From the IMG/VR virus record IMGVR_UViG_3300014208_000024, positions 308,284 through 372,283 of that record: a stretch of 64,000 nt of DNA, one strand, 5' to 3'. Position numbers and translations under genes: made by a program. The stretch comes from a virus (taxonomy: Duplodnaviria > Caudoviricetes). The number at the start of each line of letters is the position of its first letter. Position 1 is the first letter of the stretch. Of this stretch, positions 1 to 9,965 are shown one piece after another. Below the pieces are notes generated by a model that saw nothing but the letters and a program-made list of their open reading frames with translations, was not told the DNA's origin and made no database searches.

Positions 1-48
1 GAATATTGGGGAATTCATGAAATAAACATAAAGCCCTAAATGAGCCAG

Positions 49-69
49 AAACCCCGAAAGGGGTTTTTT
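49..69 (+). terminator. Intrinsic terminator
   Basis: AAACCCC-GAAA-GGGGTTT hairpin followed by T tract. Confidence 0.75.
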
Positions 70-100
70 AATATATTTATATGAAAGTTTTTAACCCAAA

Positions 101-802
101 ATGAATAGTAGAATAATATACGTACTAATAGGCCCACCAGCTATAGGAAAATCTACCTGGATTAATGCACACACAGATCCAGATAATACCATGGTGATTA
201 ACAGAGATGATATAGTGGAAAATGTTGCAAACTCTTATGGGTGGACATATGACGATTTATATGTATATCCACCAAATGACGCAGAAATTGGAAATGTGGA
301 TGAAAAATATGGAGAAGTTATTCCTGCCCCAGAAAATATGTACTGGAGAAAAACAGTGTTCAATAAAGTTACTGATGGTAACAATAGAGTTTCTGAAATC
401 TTAAATCAAAATTTGGAAAATGCAAAAACAACAAATAAAAACATTATTGTTGATTTAACAAATATGAGAGTTAAAGATAGATTGGCTTCCCTTGAAAAAA
501 TTTCTAACCCCAAAGATATTAAAATAGCAGTGGTATTTAATTTTAAAGGAAAAGAAAATATAATAAAAACAGTTTCTAGAAAAAGAGCTGAAACTGCAGC
601 TCGAATGGGGAAATCTAAAACAATCCCCGATTCAGCAATAGATAGAATGATCGATAAATATGAACCCCCAACTCCACAAGAAGGATTTGATAAAATTATT
701 TACTCTAATACCATTCCTCAACTTAAAAAATTCGCTGGACTGAAAGAAGTAAGAAGAATTATTAGAAAAACTATAAACGAATTGTTTGACCGTAATTATT
801 GA
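101..802 (+). CDS. P-loop kinase/AAA_33-like protein (polynucleotide-kinase-like)
   Basis: N-terminal Walker A GPPAIGKST, VINRDDI and IIVDLTN motifs, lid-like region. Confidence 0.75.
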   Translation: MNSRIIYVLIGPPAIGKSTWINAHTDPDNTMVINRDDIVENVANSYGWTYDDLYVYPPNDAEIGNVDEKYGEVIPAPENMYWRKTVFNKVTDGNNRVSEILNQNLENAKTTNKNIIVDLTNMRVKDRLASLEKISNPKDIKIAVVFNFKGKENIIKTVSRKRAETAARMGKSKTIPDSAIDRMIDKYEPPTPQEGFDKIIYSNTIPQLKKFAGLKEVRRIIRKTINELFDRNY

Positions 803-1452
803 GCCCTACCAACAGCCCTGTCTATTACTCTATGTCCAGAATAATCTGAATGTTTGGACCCAACTCCAGCAGGAACATGACTCAATCCCATACTTTTCTT
901 TAATAACGGAGACATTATATGTGCCTTCCACTTATCTGCCAAATCGCTTTTTTCCTCATCGCTTATTTCTCCACCACTAAAATCTTTTAATGAAATTAGT
1001 TTATTGTCTTTTCCAACCCTAATTACCCAAGATCCATCTATGTGAAATTCACCCCTGGATTCCTCGTTTAATTCATCCACAATGTCTTTTAAAGTAAATC
1101 TGTCCTCTGGCATCTTCCAAAAGGAAATTATTTTATCGTCAACCCATAAACGACCATTATATTTTGTGTCTTCCATTAATTCTTGTTCATAAGCACTCCA
1201 ATCACCATCTTCAAAGTTTTCTAAATTTTTCTCTGTAACTTCTTTATCAATAATGTCATTTATAATATCCCAATGACTTTCTTCTTTATAAAGATAACCT
1301 TCATTATCTCTTAAGTGTAACTTATCTTCATAATAAAGAAAAGGTATAGCTCCACTACTCGTCATATCATACTCTCTACCGTCTGGAGCCATAAAATAAT
1401 CAATCTCAAATAATTTGCTAATCTCTTCTCTTATAAGCTTTCTTAAATTCAT
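796..1452 (-). CDS. Hypothetical protein with N-terminal LRKLIREEI tag
   Basis: Likely start MNLRKLIREEISKLFE at 1452, preceded by TATTTATA. Confidence 0.7.
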   Translation of the reverse strand: MNLRKLIREEISKLFEIDYFMAPDGREYDMTSSGAIPFLYYEDKLHLRDNEGYLYKEESHWDIINDIIDKEVTEKNLENFEDGDWSAYEQELMEDTKYNGRLWVDDKIISFWKMPEDRFTLKDIVDELNEESRGEFHIDGSWVIRVGKDNKLISLKDFSGGEISDEEKSDLADKWKAHIMSPLLKKSMGLSHVPAGVGSKHSDYSGHRVIDRAVGRAQ

Positions 1453-1485
1453 ATTGGGTAATTTTAATATAAATATTTGAAAAAA

Positions 1486-1517
1486 TTTGTTTAATAAATT
1501 ACTTTTACATATCTTTG
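1486..1517 (+). promoter_or_regulatory. Bacteroidota housekeeping-type promoter (-33/-7)
   Basis: TTTG-N20-TATCTTTG upstream of ORF 1538. Confidence 0.7.
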
Positions 1518-1537
1518 CATTATAAAAACATTTATAT

Positions 1538-1723
1538 ATGCAAAAAATAATATCCGTAAAACCATCCAATCAAAAAGATATTGATGCAATGCAAAATTTG
1601 CTCGATGATGGTTACAAAGTTGTATTCGCAACGCCAAACAAAGTAGCAATCACAGGAAGAGGTTCATCAATTAGTTCTGATGAAATTGAAGGTCATATTG
1701 TCTATATCCTTGAAAAAAATTAA
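1538..1723 (+). CDS. Hypothetical protein
   Basis: ORF behind host-type promoter, first gene of operon. Confidence 0.65.
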   Translation: MQKIISVKPSNQKDIDAMQNLLDDGYKVVFATPNKVAITGRGSSISSDEIEGHIVYILEKN

Positions 1724-1728
1724 TAGCT

Positions 1729-2697
1729 ATGGAATTCATTAAAAACATTAATGGAACTTTTATTCTGAAACCAGAATTTAACCTATTAAAAAATCTTTTA
1801 GAAGGTAAAGTAGCTTACGAAGTTAAACAAAACATACCAAAAGAAACTTTCTCAGAAATAAACGTGAGAATCACCAACATTGATCTTGGTGGTGTAACTT
1901 TTTCAATCGTAAACCCACAAGTCCTAGAAAAACTCCCAGAAAAAATTACTTCCACCCTAATCGATAACCTTAAAAAAAATATAGAAAAAACAAAGAAAGT
2001 AGCCAATAAAGTTATTGATGCCTGGGAGAATAACCCAAAGAAGTTTATTAAAAAAGAACAAAGCTGGGGAAAAATAGTATATGAGTATAAAAAACTCCTA
2101 ACTGATGATGAATATCATACAGGTGCCTTTTTCTTTTTTGACAAAATATCTTACCACTTCGAATTATCTTTTGTAACTGGATGCGGTTCTCATACTTATT
2201 ACAACAAAGATTATTTCGTTAAAGCTCTCGAAAAAATAGACCAATGGTTCGAAGATACTTGTAAAATAGTTAAAACTGAAAAAATACAAAAAAGAATATT
2301 TAAATATTTATCAAAAATTGAAATAAGTTTGTCTTTTCCAGAGGTAATTAAATATATCTCAATCCCCAAAGAAGAAATAAAATTAAAAGAAGAAAAAAAA
2401 CCCCCATTCCCCATTGTTTTAAATGGAGATGAATTAAATTCTATTCTTTCAGCATTTGATGGTGGAATTATTGATCAAGAATTTATTGATATCATAAAGG
2501 AAGAATATGATATAGACATTTCTTCATTGTTAGATTGGGAACTATCATCAACCACCGAAGGATATCACCATAATGATGGAGATTTTTGTGACTATACCGT
2601 CACATTCACCTCCCCAAATGGTCATTCTTATGAATTATACAATAGCCACTGCTTAGTTACTGGATACACATTTTCTGGAAAATTAATACCTGAATAA
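1729..2697 (+). CDS. Hypothetical protein
   Basis: 322-aa ORF in tight operon. Confidence 0.75.
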   Translation: MEFIKNINGTFILKPEFNLLKNLLEGKVAYEVKQNIPKETFSEINVRITNIDLGGVTFSIVNPQVLEKLPEKITSTLIDNLKKNIEKTKKVANKVIDAWENNPKKFIKKEQSWGKIVYEYKKLLTDDEYHTGAFFFFDKISYHFELSFVTGCGSHTYYNKDYFVKALEKIDQWFEDTCKIVKTEKIQKRIFKYLSKIEISLSFPEVIKYISIPKEEIKLKEEKKPPFPIVLNGDELNSILSAFDGGIIDQEFIDIIKEEYDIDISSLLDWELSSTTEGYHHNDGDFCDYTVTFTSPNGHSYELYNSHCLVTGYTFSGKLIPE

Positions 2698-2730
2698 AAT
2701 ATACAAATCTTATAAAAAACAAAATACTAT

Positions 2731-3147
2731 ATGAACAGAGAAGAAATTAAAAAAGTAGACCTGGATAGATCTGGATTACTATATGGCTTAAGTGGAATAA
2801 ATTACGATACCATTAAAAGCTATATGCAACAAATTGATTATGATAGACCAAAATATGCAGAAACAATTCAAGCTATCGCCCCAGCCATTAGAAGAACTTT
2901 ATGTGAAATATTAGACACAAAAGATCAAATGATACCAATAATAAATGACCAAAAATTAAAAATTGATGTGATGGGGTTATTTAGAGTAAATGATTTAATA
3001 GACGGATTAGATGGGCTATATTCAGTAATCCCATCTATTGCAAATCATTTCAAAGCCACTGATATTGAAGCTGAACTAGTCAGTTTGTTTTGTAGCGACT
3101 ATGTTAGAACACTTATAGGAAACAGTAGAAAAATAAATAACAAATAA
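2731..3147 (+). CDS. Hypothetical protein
   Basis: ORF in tight operon. Confidence 0.7.
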   Translation: MNREEIKKVDLDRSGLLYGLSGINYDTIKSYMQQIDYDRPKYAETIQAIAPAIRRTLCEILDTKDQMIPIINDQKLKIDVMGLFRVNDLIDGLDGLYSVIPSIANHFKATDIEAELVSLFCSDYVRTLIGNSRKINNK

Positions 3148-3148
3148 T

Positions 3149-3667
3149 ATGGAAGAAATCGATTTTAAACAGTGCTGTGCAATAGAAATTAGAAAAATTT
3201 GGATGTTGGCTGGTCCAATGGATGTTGTTAGATATGAAAATAAATGTCCAATATGTGATCACTATATCGGATTAACCCAAACTTCTTTCGAAGAAGCTAA
3301 CGAATTCTTGGAAAAATTTAATCTGGAAAAATTGCCAGCAAAATTTGACCCCAGCAAAATTGCAAAAATAAAACCCAACAAAGAACATGTCACCAAACTT
3401 ATTGACTTTATATTTCACGAAGTAATATCTTCTGGAGGTGACGGTGATGCAATCTTGTATACAAGACTTTTTGACCTAAATGAAATTATTGACATCGTAA
3501 AAGAATATAATGAAGTTAATAATATCGGTTGGGAAATTAATGAAGATAAATCAAGAGGTTCCCGCATATTTAGTTGGGGAAAATATCAAGAATGGGTTTC
3601 AATAACCGATAGCAAAACTGCGTTTGATCAATCCCCAGAATGGATTCAAATTAAAATTATATATTAA
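3149..3667 (+). CDS. Hypothetical protein with N-terminal Cys cluster
   Basis: CC...CPIC motif; tight operon spacing. Confidence 0.7.
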   Translation: MEEIDFKQCCAIEIRKIWMLAGPMDVVRYENKCPICDHYIGLTQTSFEEANEFLEKFNLEKLPAKFDPSKIAKIKPNKEHVTKLIDFIFHEVISSGGDGDAILYTRLFDLNEIIDIVKEYNEVNNIGWEINEDKSRGSRIFSWGKYQEWVSITDSKTAFDQSPEWIQIKIIY

Positions 3668-3668
3668 A

Positions 3669-3914
3669 ATGAAACCCCCACTATTTGACCCATTATTACA
3701 TAGAGTAAAATGGGAACCAGAAATGTCAGACAAAGAAGTTGTCGAATATTACTATAAACACATCCGCCCAAATGATAAGTGGGAAGAAGAAAATGGAAAA
3801 TTCTATTATTTTGTTGAAGATTACAATATGTTCTTCGAACATTCTGGATCAGATATTTTTATGTGTATGAGACCAGCAGTTTTTGCTCACATTAAGAAGG
3901 TGCAAAATTTATAG
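3669..3914 (+). CDS. Hypothetical protein
   Basis: Likely start MKPPLF just after previous stop. Confidence 0.6.
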   Translation: MKPPLFDPLLHRVKWEPEMSDKEVVEYYYKHIRPNDKWEEENGKFYYFVEDYNMFFEHSGSDIFMCMRPAVFAHIKKVQNL

Positions 3915-3989
3915 AAAAATCATTTTTTATTTTGATAATTATAATTTTTTTATTTCTTTTGCAGAACCTAGTTTCATTAAATATAAGTC

Positions 3990-5726
3990 ATGGGAAAAAA
4001 ACCAAAAAAAATTTTCACAAAGGAAGAATGTGCAGAAATTGTAAGTAAATGTAAAACAATTTCAGATTTTAGTATTAATTTTTTTCCAGCCTATTATTGT
4101 GCAAAAAAAAACAATTGGCTTGATGAAATTTGTTCTCATATGAAAATCACATTTACAAAAAAATATTGGACAAAAGAATTATGTCAAAAAGAAGCAGATA
4201 AATATTCTACAAGAGGAGAATTTGTTAATAATAGTAGTGGTGCATATTGTGCCGCTATTAGAAACGGTTGGCTTGATGAAATTTGTTCTCACATGATTAG
4301 ATTGGTGCCAATAAGAGGATATTGGCAAATTAAAGAAAATTGTATTAAAGCTGCATTAAGTTGTGAAAATATAAAAGAATTCAGACAAAAATATAAAACT
4401 GCAAATAACTCTTTTATAAAAAATGGATGGGTAAAAGAATTAAATAATATCTTTCAAAAAGACTATAAAAAAGATTTTAGATTTAAAGAAAATTGTATTG
4501 AAGCTGCTTTAAATTGTAAAACAAGAACTGAATTTAGAGATAAATACAGGGGGGCTTATAAATCTGCAAAAAAAAATGGCTGGTTATATGAAATTTATCA
4601 ATTATTTCCAATTGTGGGAAATAAATATAAAAGATTAATATATGCTGTTGAATTCCCAGATAATAATGTATATATAGGATTAACATATAATCTTAAAATA
4701 AGAATGATTCAACACACATGTTCAAAAAGGTCTCAAGTATATAAACATATACAAAAAACTCAATTAAAACCTTTTTTTAAAGAGTGTACAGAATTTATGG
4801 ATATAACAGATGCTACAATTTATGAAGGAAAAATATTAAATTCATATATAAAAAATGGTTGGAATATTTTAAATAAAGCAAAGACAGGAGGTTTGGGAGG
4901 AAATAATAAAAGAGAGTATGAAAAAGAAGATTGTCTTAATATTGCATTAATGTTCCTTTCTAAAGAAGAATTTAATGCAAATTATCCGAAAATATATAGA
5001 GCAGCTTATAAGTTTGGGTGGTTAGATGAAATATGTTCTCATATGGAAATAAAAAGTAAAAAAGAAATATTTTTTATTGAATCATTAAAATATAGTTCCA
5101 GAAGAGAACTTCGCTTAAATAACATAAACCTTTATAATAAAATATTAATAAATAAGTGGATGGATGAGTTTTTTTCTAAAAAACAAATTACAAAAGAAGA
5201 ATGTCAAAAAATCGCAAATCAATATGTTTTATTTGATAAATTTAAAGAAGAGAATTTAAAAATTTTTTATTTTTTAAAGAAAAATGGATGGACAAAAGAA
5301 GTTACAAAAAAATTAAAAAAAATAAGAGTAAATTGGAATATAAAAGAAAAATGTCACCAAGAAGCTCTTAAATATAAAACCAGATTTGAATTTGGTAGAA
5401 AATCTTCACAAGCATATAAAGCTTCATATAAAAATGGTTGGCTTGATGAAATATGTTCTCACATGATAGAAATTAGAAAACCAAAAAAATATTGGAATAA
5501 AGAAACTTGTTTAAAAGCAGCTTTAGAATGTCATAATTCAAAAGATTTTTGCAAAAAATATCCCCGTGCATACAGAATAGCTTGTGAGAATAAATGGATG
5601 AAAGAAATAAAAGAAAATTGGAAACTATTAAAAAACAATTCTAATATTGTTAATGAATTTATACCAGTGTTTTCACAAACAGAAAACTCAAAACAACTGG
5701 TTCTAAATTTTGACCAAAAAAATTAG
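3990..5726 (+). CDS. GIY-YIG homing-endonuclease-like protein with tandem NGWLDEICSHM repeats
   Basis: Central IYAVEF...VYIGLT and R..QH motifs flanked by multiple C...A.KY.SR.EF...AY..A.KNGWLDEICSHM repeats. Confidence 0.75.
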   Translation: MGKKPKKIFTKEECAEIVSKCKTISDFSINFFPAYYCAKKNNWLDEICSHMKITFTKKYWTKELCQKEADKYSTRGEFVNNSSGAYCAAIRNGWLDEICSHMIRLVPIRGYWQIKENCIKAALSCENIKEFRQKYKTANNSFIKNGWVKELNNIFQKDYKKDFRFKENCIEAALNCKTRTEFRDKYRGAYKSAKKNGWLYEIYQLFPIVGNKYKRLIYAVEFPDNNVYIGLTYNLKIRMIQHTCSKRSQVYKHIQKTQLKPFFKECTEFMDITDATIYEGKILNSYIKNGWNILNKAKTGGLGGNNKREYEKEDCLNIALMFLSKEEFNANYPKIYRAAYKFGWLDEICSHMEIKSKKEIFFIESLKYSSRRELRLNNINLYNKILINKWMDEFFSKKQITKEECQKIANQYVLFDKFKEENLKIFYFLKKNGWTKEVTKKLKKIRVNWNIKEKCHQEALKYKTRFEFGRKSSQAYKASYKNGWLDEICSHMIEIRKPKKYWNKETCLKAALECHNSKDFCKKYPRAYRIACENKWMKEIKENWKLLKNNSNIVNEFIPVFSQTENSKQLVLNFDQKN

Positions 5727-5785
5727 AAAAAAATTTTTTGACAGAACTAATTATAAAAACCAATATGTTTTTTTCCGCTGTCCAA

Positions 5786-5830
5786 AAAGGTGCAAATTTT
5801 AACCAAAAATTTTGGGAAAAAATTTTTTTA
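5786..5830. repeat. About 45-bp direct repeat (copies at 5705-5739 partial, 5786-5830, 8228-8274)
   Basis: AAAGGTGC(C)AAATTTTRACCAAAAA..TTGGG(G)AAAAAA(A)TTTTTTTA on both sides of the DUF4379 gene. Confidence 0.75.
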
Positions 5831-5893
5831 AGGTCTTAACTTTAAAAAAACAAAAAGATTTTCAAGCTATGCCTTTAATTAAACAGAATTTAA

Positions 5894-8245
5894 ATGTGCC
5901 AAAGTTGTGATAAAAATTCAACTGTAAAAAAAAGAACAGTTATAGTTACAGATGAAAATGTGTTTTCAAAAAACTTTCCAGAACTACTAATAGAATGGGA
6001 TTGGGATAAAAACAACGCATTAGAAATTTTTCCAGATAAAATAACAAAATCAAATTCAAAAAAAGTTTGGTGGATCTGTAAAGATTGTGGATACGAATGG
6101 AATACAATCATATCAACTAGAACAAAATATAAATCTGGATGTCCAAAATGTAATATAGGACTTTTTAATAAATATGGAGATAACTATATATCCATTAATT
6201 ATCCACATCTGCTTAAAGAATGGGATTATGAAAAAAACAACCCATTAACCCCAGATAAATATAAAGCATTTACAAATCATGTTGTTTGGTGGATTTGTCC
6301 AGACTGTGGCCATAGCTATCAAGAATATATTTATAAAAGAACAAAATTTAATCTTGGGTGTAAAATATGTAGAAAAAAAGAAAAAATTCTAAGGTCAAGA
6401 ATTGTAAAATGTGTTAATTGTGGAAATGATTTTGATTATAAATTAGATTTTGGATGGAATGATTCAAAAAAAAATCATGACAAATGCAAAAAATGCCATG
6501 AAAAATTAATAAAACAAAGAATTGAAAATGTAAAAACTAAAAAAGAATTATTAAAGAAAACAAGAAATAAAACAAAAGAAATAAAAAAATTAAAAAACTC
6601 TAATCCAGAATTATTTAAAAGTCTTCATCCAACAAAAAATGTTGGAGTAGATTTTGAAAACATTCTTCATAACTCTGAAAAAAAATATTATTGGATTTGT
6701 ACAAATTGTAAAAGAGAAATGTTTGAAAGTGTTTCTACAATGGTAAAAAAAGTTGTTTGTAGAAAATGTGTTTCCAAAAGAGCATCTGGAATAGAAAGAA
6801 AATTTTATTTCTTTATAGAAAGCGTTTTGGGGGAAAATAATGTTGAAAACACTTATAATTTTACAACCATAGATAATAAAAAAATAGAGATAGACATATA
6901 TATTCATCCTCTAAAATTGGGAATTGAATATGATGGAGCTTACTTTCATAATAACAAACATGAAGCTGATATAAAAAAAACAAAAATATTGAACTCTCAT
7001 GGAATTGACGTTATCAGAATTAGAGAAATCGGATTAAGTAAAATAAGAGAAGAAGATATAATATACAATTATAAGAAAAATAAATTTTCTAAAGCTCTTG
7101 TAGAATTGTTTTGGTATATTCAAAGAAAATATAAACTTACAATAGAACAAGGAGATATCTTGAAAAATTTTTTAAAACAAGATTTAAACAACTATGTTCT
7201 TCCAAAAGAATATCTTGTTTACCCACTTAAAAAAAACTCTCTCATGCAAAAAAATCCACATTTATCAAAATTGTGGCACTATGAAAAAAATCATCCATTA
7301 AAACCAGAAATGGTTTCTTTTAATTACTCAAAAAAATTGTGGTTTCATTGTAAAAACTGCGCAGAGCCAGTCAATGCTTTAATATACGATTTGTTAAATG
7401 GACTCCATTGGGGATTATGTAAAGAATGTTCAAATATAAAAAGAAAAACAAAATCTATTGTTAAAAATATTATTGACTTTAGACCTGAATTAATTAATTG
7501 GTTTATTAAAGAAAAAAATAGAGATTATAAAACATATGGAAAGTCTTCTGATGAAAAATTATGGTGGAGATGTCCAGAGTGTGGAGAAGAATTTTTAGAA
7601 GAAGCAAGAGTAATGGTAAACAAAAAAATAAAAAATTTATGTCCTAATCGCAAGAATCACAAAGATTGGATAGACACTGAAGAATTCTATAAAAGAACTA
7701 AAAAAAAATATAGTGAAAAAAATAAGACAATAACCAGTAGAAACAAAAAGTTGGATATCAAATATCCACAAGTATTATGTCAATGGGACTGGGATAAAAA
7801 TATAACTACCCCAGATAAAGTTCAAAAATATGATGACATTTTAATTTGGTGGAAATGCTCAAAATGTGGACACTCCTGGCAAGAAACACCATTCAACAGA
7901 ATTTCATATCATGAAAATTGCCCTAAATGTAATCCTAAATATAATGAAAAAAGTGTCTATGGATATAAATTTTGTACACTTAAAAAAACATCCCTACTTG
8001 CAAAATCCCCTAAAATTGCAAAAGATTGGGATATTGAAAAAAATCATAATGTAGACGCAAGCCATGTTTCTAATATTTATTCAGATAAAGTATTTTGGAA
8101 ATGTCACAAGTGTGGTCATTCATGGGAAGAATCTGTTTACAACAGAACTAGAAAAGATAGAGTCACAAGTTGTAATTGTCCTGGGTGTGAACATAGAGCA
8201 AAACCTGTAGATAATTTAAAAAAAAATAAAGGTGCCAAATTTTGA
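5894..8245 (+). CDS. Zinc-ribbon (DUF4379-like) repeat protein with PD-(D/E)XK endonuclease domain
   Basis: Repeated EWDxxKN...VWWxCxxCGHxW...CPxC units; central IDIYIHPLKLGIEYDGAYFH nuclease motif. Confidence 0.8.
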   Translation: MCQSCDKNSTVKKRTVIVTDENVFSKNFPELLIEWDWDKNNALEIFPDKITKSNSKKVWWICKDCGYEWNTIISTRTKYKSGCPKCNIGLFNKYGDNYISINYPHLLKEWDYEKNNPLTPDKYKAFTNHVVWWICPDCGHSYQEYIYKRTKFNLGCKICRKKEKILRSRIVKCVNCGNDFDYKLDFGWNDSKKNHDKCKKCHEKLIKQRIENVKTKKELLKKTRNKTKEIKKLKNSNPELFKSLHPTKNVGVDFENILHNSEKKYYWICTNCKREMFESVSTMVKKVVCRKCVSKRASGIERKFYFFIESVLGENNVENTYNFTTIDNKKIEIDIYIHPLKLGIEYDGAYFHNNKHEADIKKTKILNSHGIDVIRIREIGLSKIREEDIIYNYKKNKFSKALVELFWYIQRKYKLTIEQGDILKNFLKQDLNNYVLPKEYLVYPLKKNSLMQKNPHLSKLWHYEKNHPLKPEMVSFNYSKKLWFHCKNCAEPVNALIYDLLNGLHWGLCKECSNIKRKTKSIVKNIIDFRPELINWFIKEKNRDYKTYGKSSDEKLWWRCPECGEEFLEEARVMVNKKIKNLCPNRKNHKDWIDTEEFYKRTKKKYSEKNKTITSRNKKLDIKYPQVLCQWDWDKNITTPDKVQKYDDILIWWKCSKCGHSWQETPFNRISYHENCPKCNPKYNEKSVYGYKFCTLKKTSLLAKSPKIAKDWDIEKNHNVDASHVSNIYSDKVFWKCHKCGHSWEESVYNRTRKDRVTSCNCPGCEHRAKPVDNLKKNKGAKF

Positions 8246-8381
8246 CCAAAAAATTGGGGAAAAAAATTTTTTTAGACTCACTTTTAAATAAAATGTCCCT
8301 AAAAAAGGTGTTTTTCAGTGGTTTTAAATCGCTGGTTGGGGTGGCAAAAAAAATGTATGCGGTCTGGGACGGGGTATATTT

Positions 8382-8468
8382 AAGGGGTCTAAACTACCCT
8401 TATTATCGTGCCGAAGGGGTCTAATTAGTGGGTCTATTTAAGGGGTCTAATCTATATAGGGGGTTTAA
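8382..8468. repeat. AAGGGGTCTAA iteron-like repeats
   Basis: Exact copies at 8382, 8414 and 8440; degenerate copies near 8427 and 8458. Confidence 0.75.
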
Positions 8469-8494
8469 ATTAACCCCCTTATTCTTTAGCCACC

Positions 8495-8668
8495 TTACAG
8501 GCTTTTGTACTCATTCATTAACCTGTCATACTCAGGTTCGTCAATACCTTTTAATTCGTTGAGGAATTTTGCGGTGAACTTTGCTTTTTCAGCTTTTGAT
8601 TCCTGTCCGCTTTTGATCTTTTTAATTCTCTCTTTGATGTAGCGTGAGATTTCGATTGAGCCTGCCAT
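8495..8668 (-). CDS. Small hypothetical protein driven by the only minus-strand class-A promoter
   Basis: Start MAGSIEISRY behind minus-strand CCCACTTT-N9-TTTGCTTTATAGA at 8695-8724. Confidence 0.7.
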   Translation of the reverse strand: MAGSIEISRYIKERIKKIKSGQESKAEKAKFTAKFLNELKGIDEPEYDRLMNEYKSL

Positions 8669-8782
8669 AACTTTTGGTTTTAATTGGTTTATGGATCTAT
8701 AAAGCAAATAAAAATAAAAAGTGGGAACGTACCACTTTATTAAATAATTTGCTTTATATACTCAACCAATAACTTTAACACT

Positions 8783-9223
8783 ATGGATAATTACGAAAAA
8801 TCAAACAGTATTGAGGCTTTGCCCAATGTAAAATTTTCAAGTACAAAAACTCTTTTTTCTTATATGAGGGAAAAAGGCGTGGTAACTCAAGACGACTTGC
8901 AAAGAGTAGCAGACGCTATATGCAATGATTTAAAAGTATCAAAGGTAAATATTATCTTTGGGGGCGTACAAAACAATACAAGGGTAAATGGCAAACTCAA
9001 ATCAAAAACTCTCGGTACTTATAACACAGGGTCAACAAACATAAGAATTTTTCAATTTACTGCTGTAAAAAAACAGGCGGTTGCCACGAAAACAACCTTT
9101 GACACCTTGCTTCACGAATTAATGCACCATTTCGACTATAAGATATTAAATTTACAACAGTCAATTCATTCGGGGGGCTTTTACAAAAGAATAGGAAATT
9201 TAAAAACTGCTTTGTTAAGTTAA
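8783..9223 (+). CDS. SprT-like zincin metallopeptidase-domain protein
   Basis: TLLHELMHH (HExxH) with downstream H; class-A promoter. Confidence 0.7.
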   Translation: MDNYEKSNSIEALPNVKFSSTKTLFSYMREKGVVTQDDLQRVADAICNDLKVSKVNIIFGGVQNNTRVNGKLKSKTLGTYNTGSTNIRIFQFTAVKKQAVATKTTFDTLLHELMHHFDYKILNLQQSIHSGGFYKRIGNLKTALLS

Positions 9224-9367
9224 GGGAAAGGGGGCAACCCCTTTTTTTATTTTCTTTTTTTTAATTTCTGTTTTGTAGTAAACCAATAGACAAAAATACA
9301 AAAAGGTCAATTCCCACTTTTTCAGAAAATTTGCTTTATATACTCACCAACCAACCAAACCAAAAAT

Positions 9368-9673
9368 ATGAAAACAATCGTAACGCCTTTCGAGCAGGCA
9401 CAGGAAGCTGTCCGCAATGGAAAACTGACAACCCCAACAGTTGTTGCAGAGGGAAAACAAATCGATTATTTCGGTTATCAGATCAGTGTTCACAGGTTTA
9501 ATCTGAGAATAATGGCAGGGGATATGAAATTCAGGGGCGTCAAATTAAGAGATTTAAAGAATTATTACGGTCTGACAGGTCGCAGTGCAAGTGAATGCCT
9601 TGCACAGTTTGAAAATGTAGTAGCGGACTATCGCAGGCGGTTCAATCTACTGCAATCAGTAAACAAAAATTAA
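9368..9673 (+). CDS. Hypothetical protein
   Basis: ORF behind class-A promoter; ends at terminator. Confidence 0.75.
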   Translation: MKTIVTPFEQAQEAVRNGKLTTPTVVAEGKQIDYFGYQISVHRFNLRIMAGDMKFRGVKLRDLKNYYGLTGRSASECLAQFENVVADYRRRFNLLQSVNKN

Positions 9674-9965
9674 AAGGTGTGAAAGCCGAAAAAAGGGGGT
9701 GTGAAAGCCCTCTTTTATTTTTTTTTTAATTTTTTAAATTTCGGTATTGTCGTAAACCAACAAGCCAAACATCCAAAAATGGCAATTCCCACTTTTCCAG
9801 AAAATTTGCTTTATATAGTCACGTTCTTTCGGTAGTTAAAAAAAGCGATCACAGGGAAACAAAAAATTCCCACTTTTTCAGAAAATTCGCTTTATATACT
9901 CACAAGCTCTTTGACATACTGAAATCAGAAAAAATAAAGTTACCAAACCATAAAAAACAAAAATT

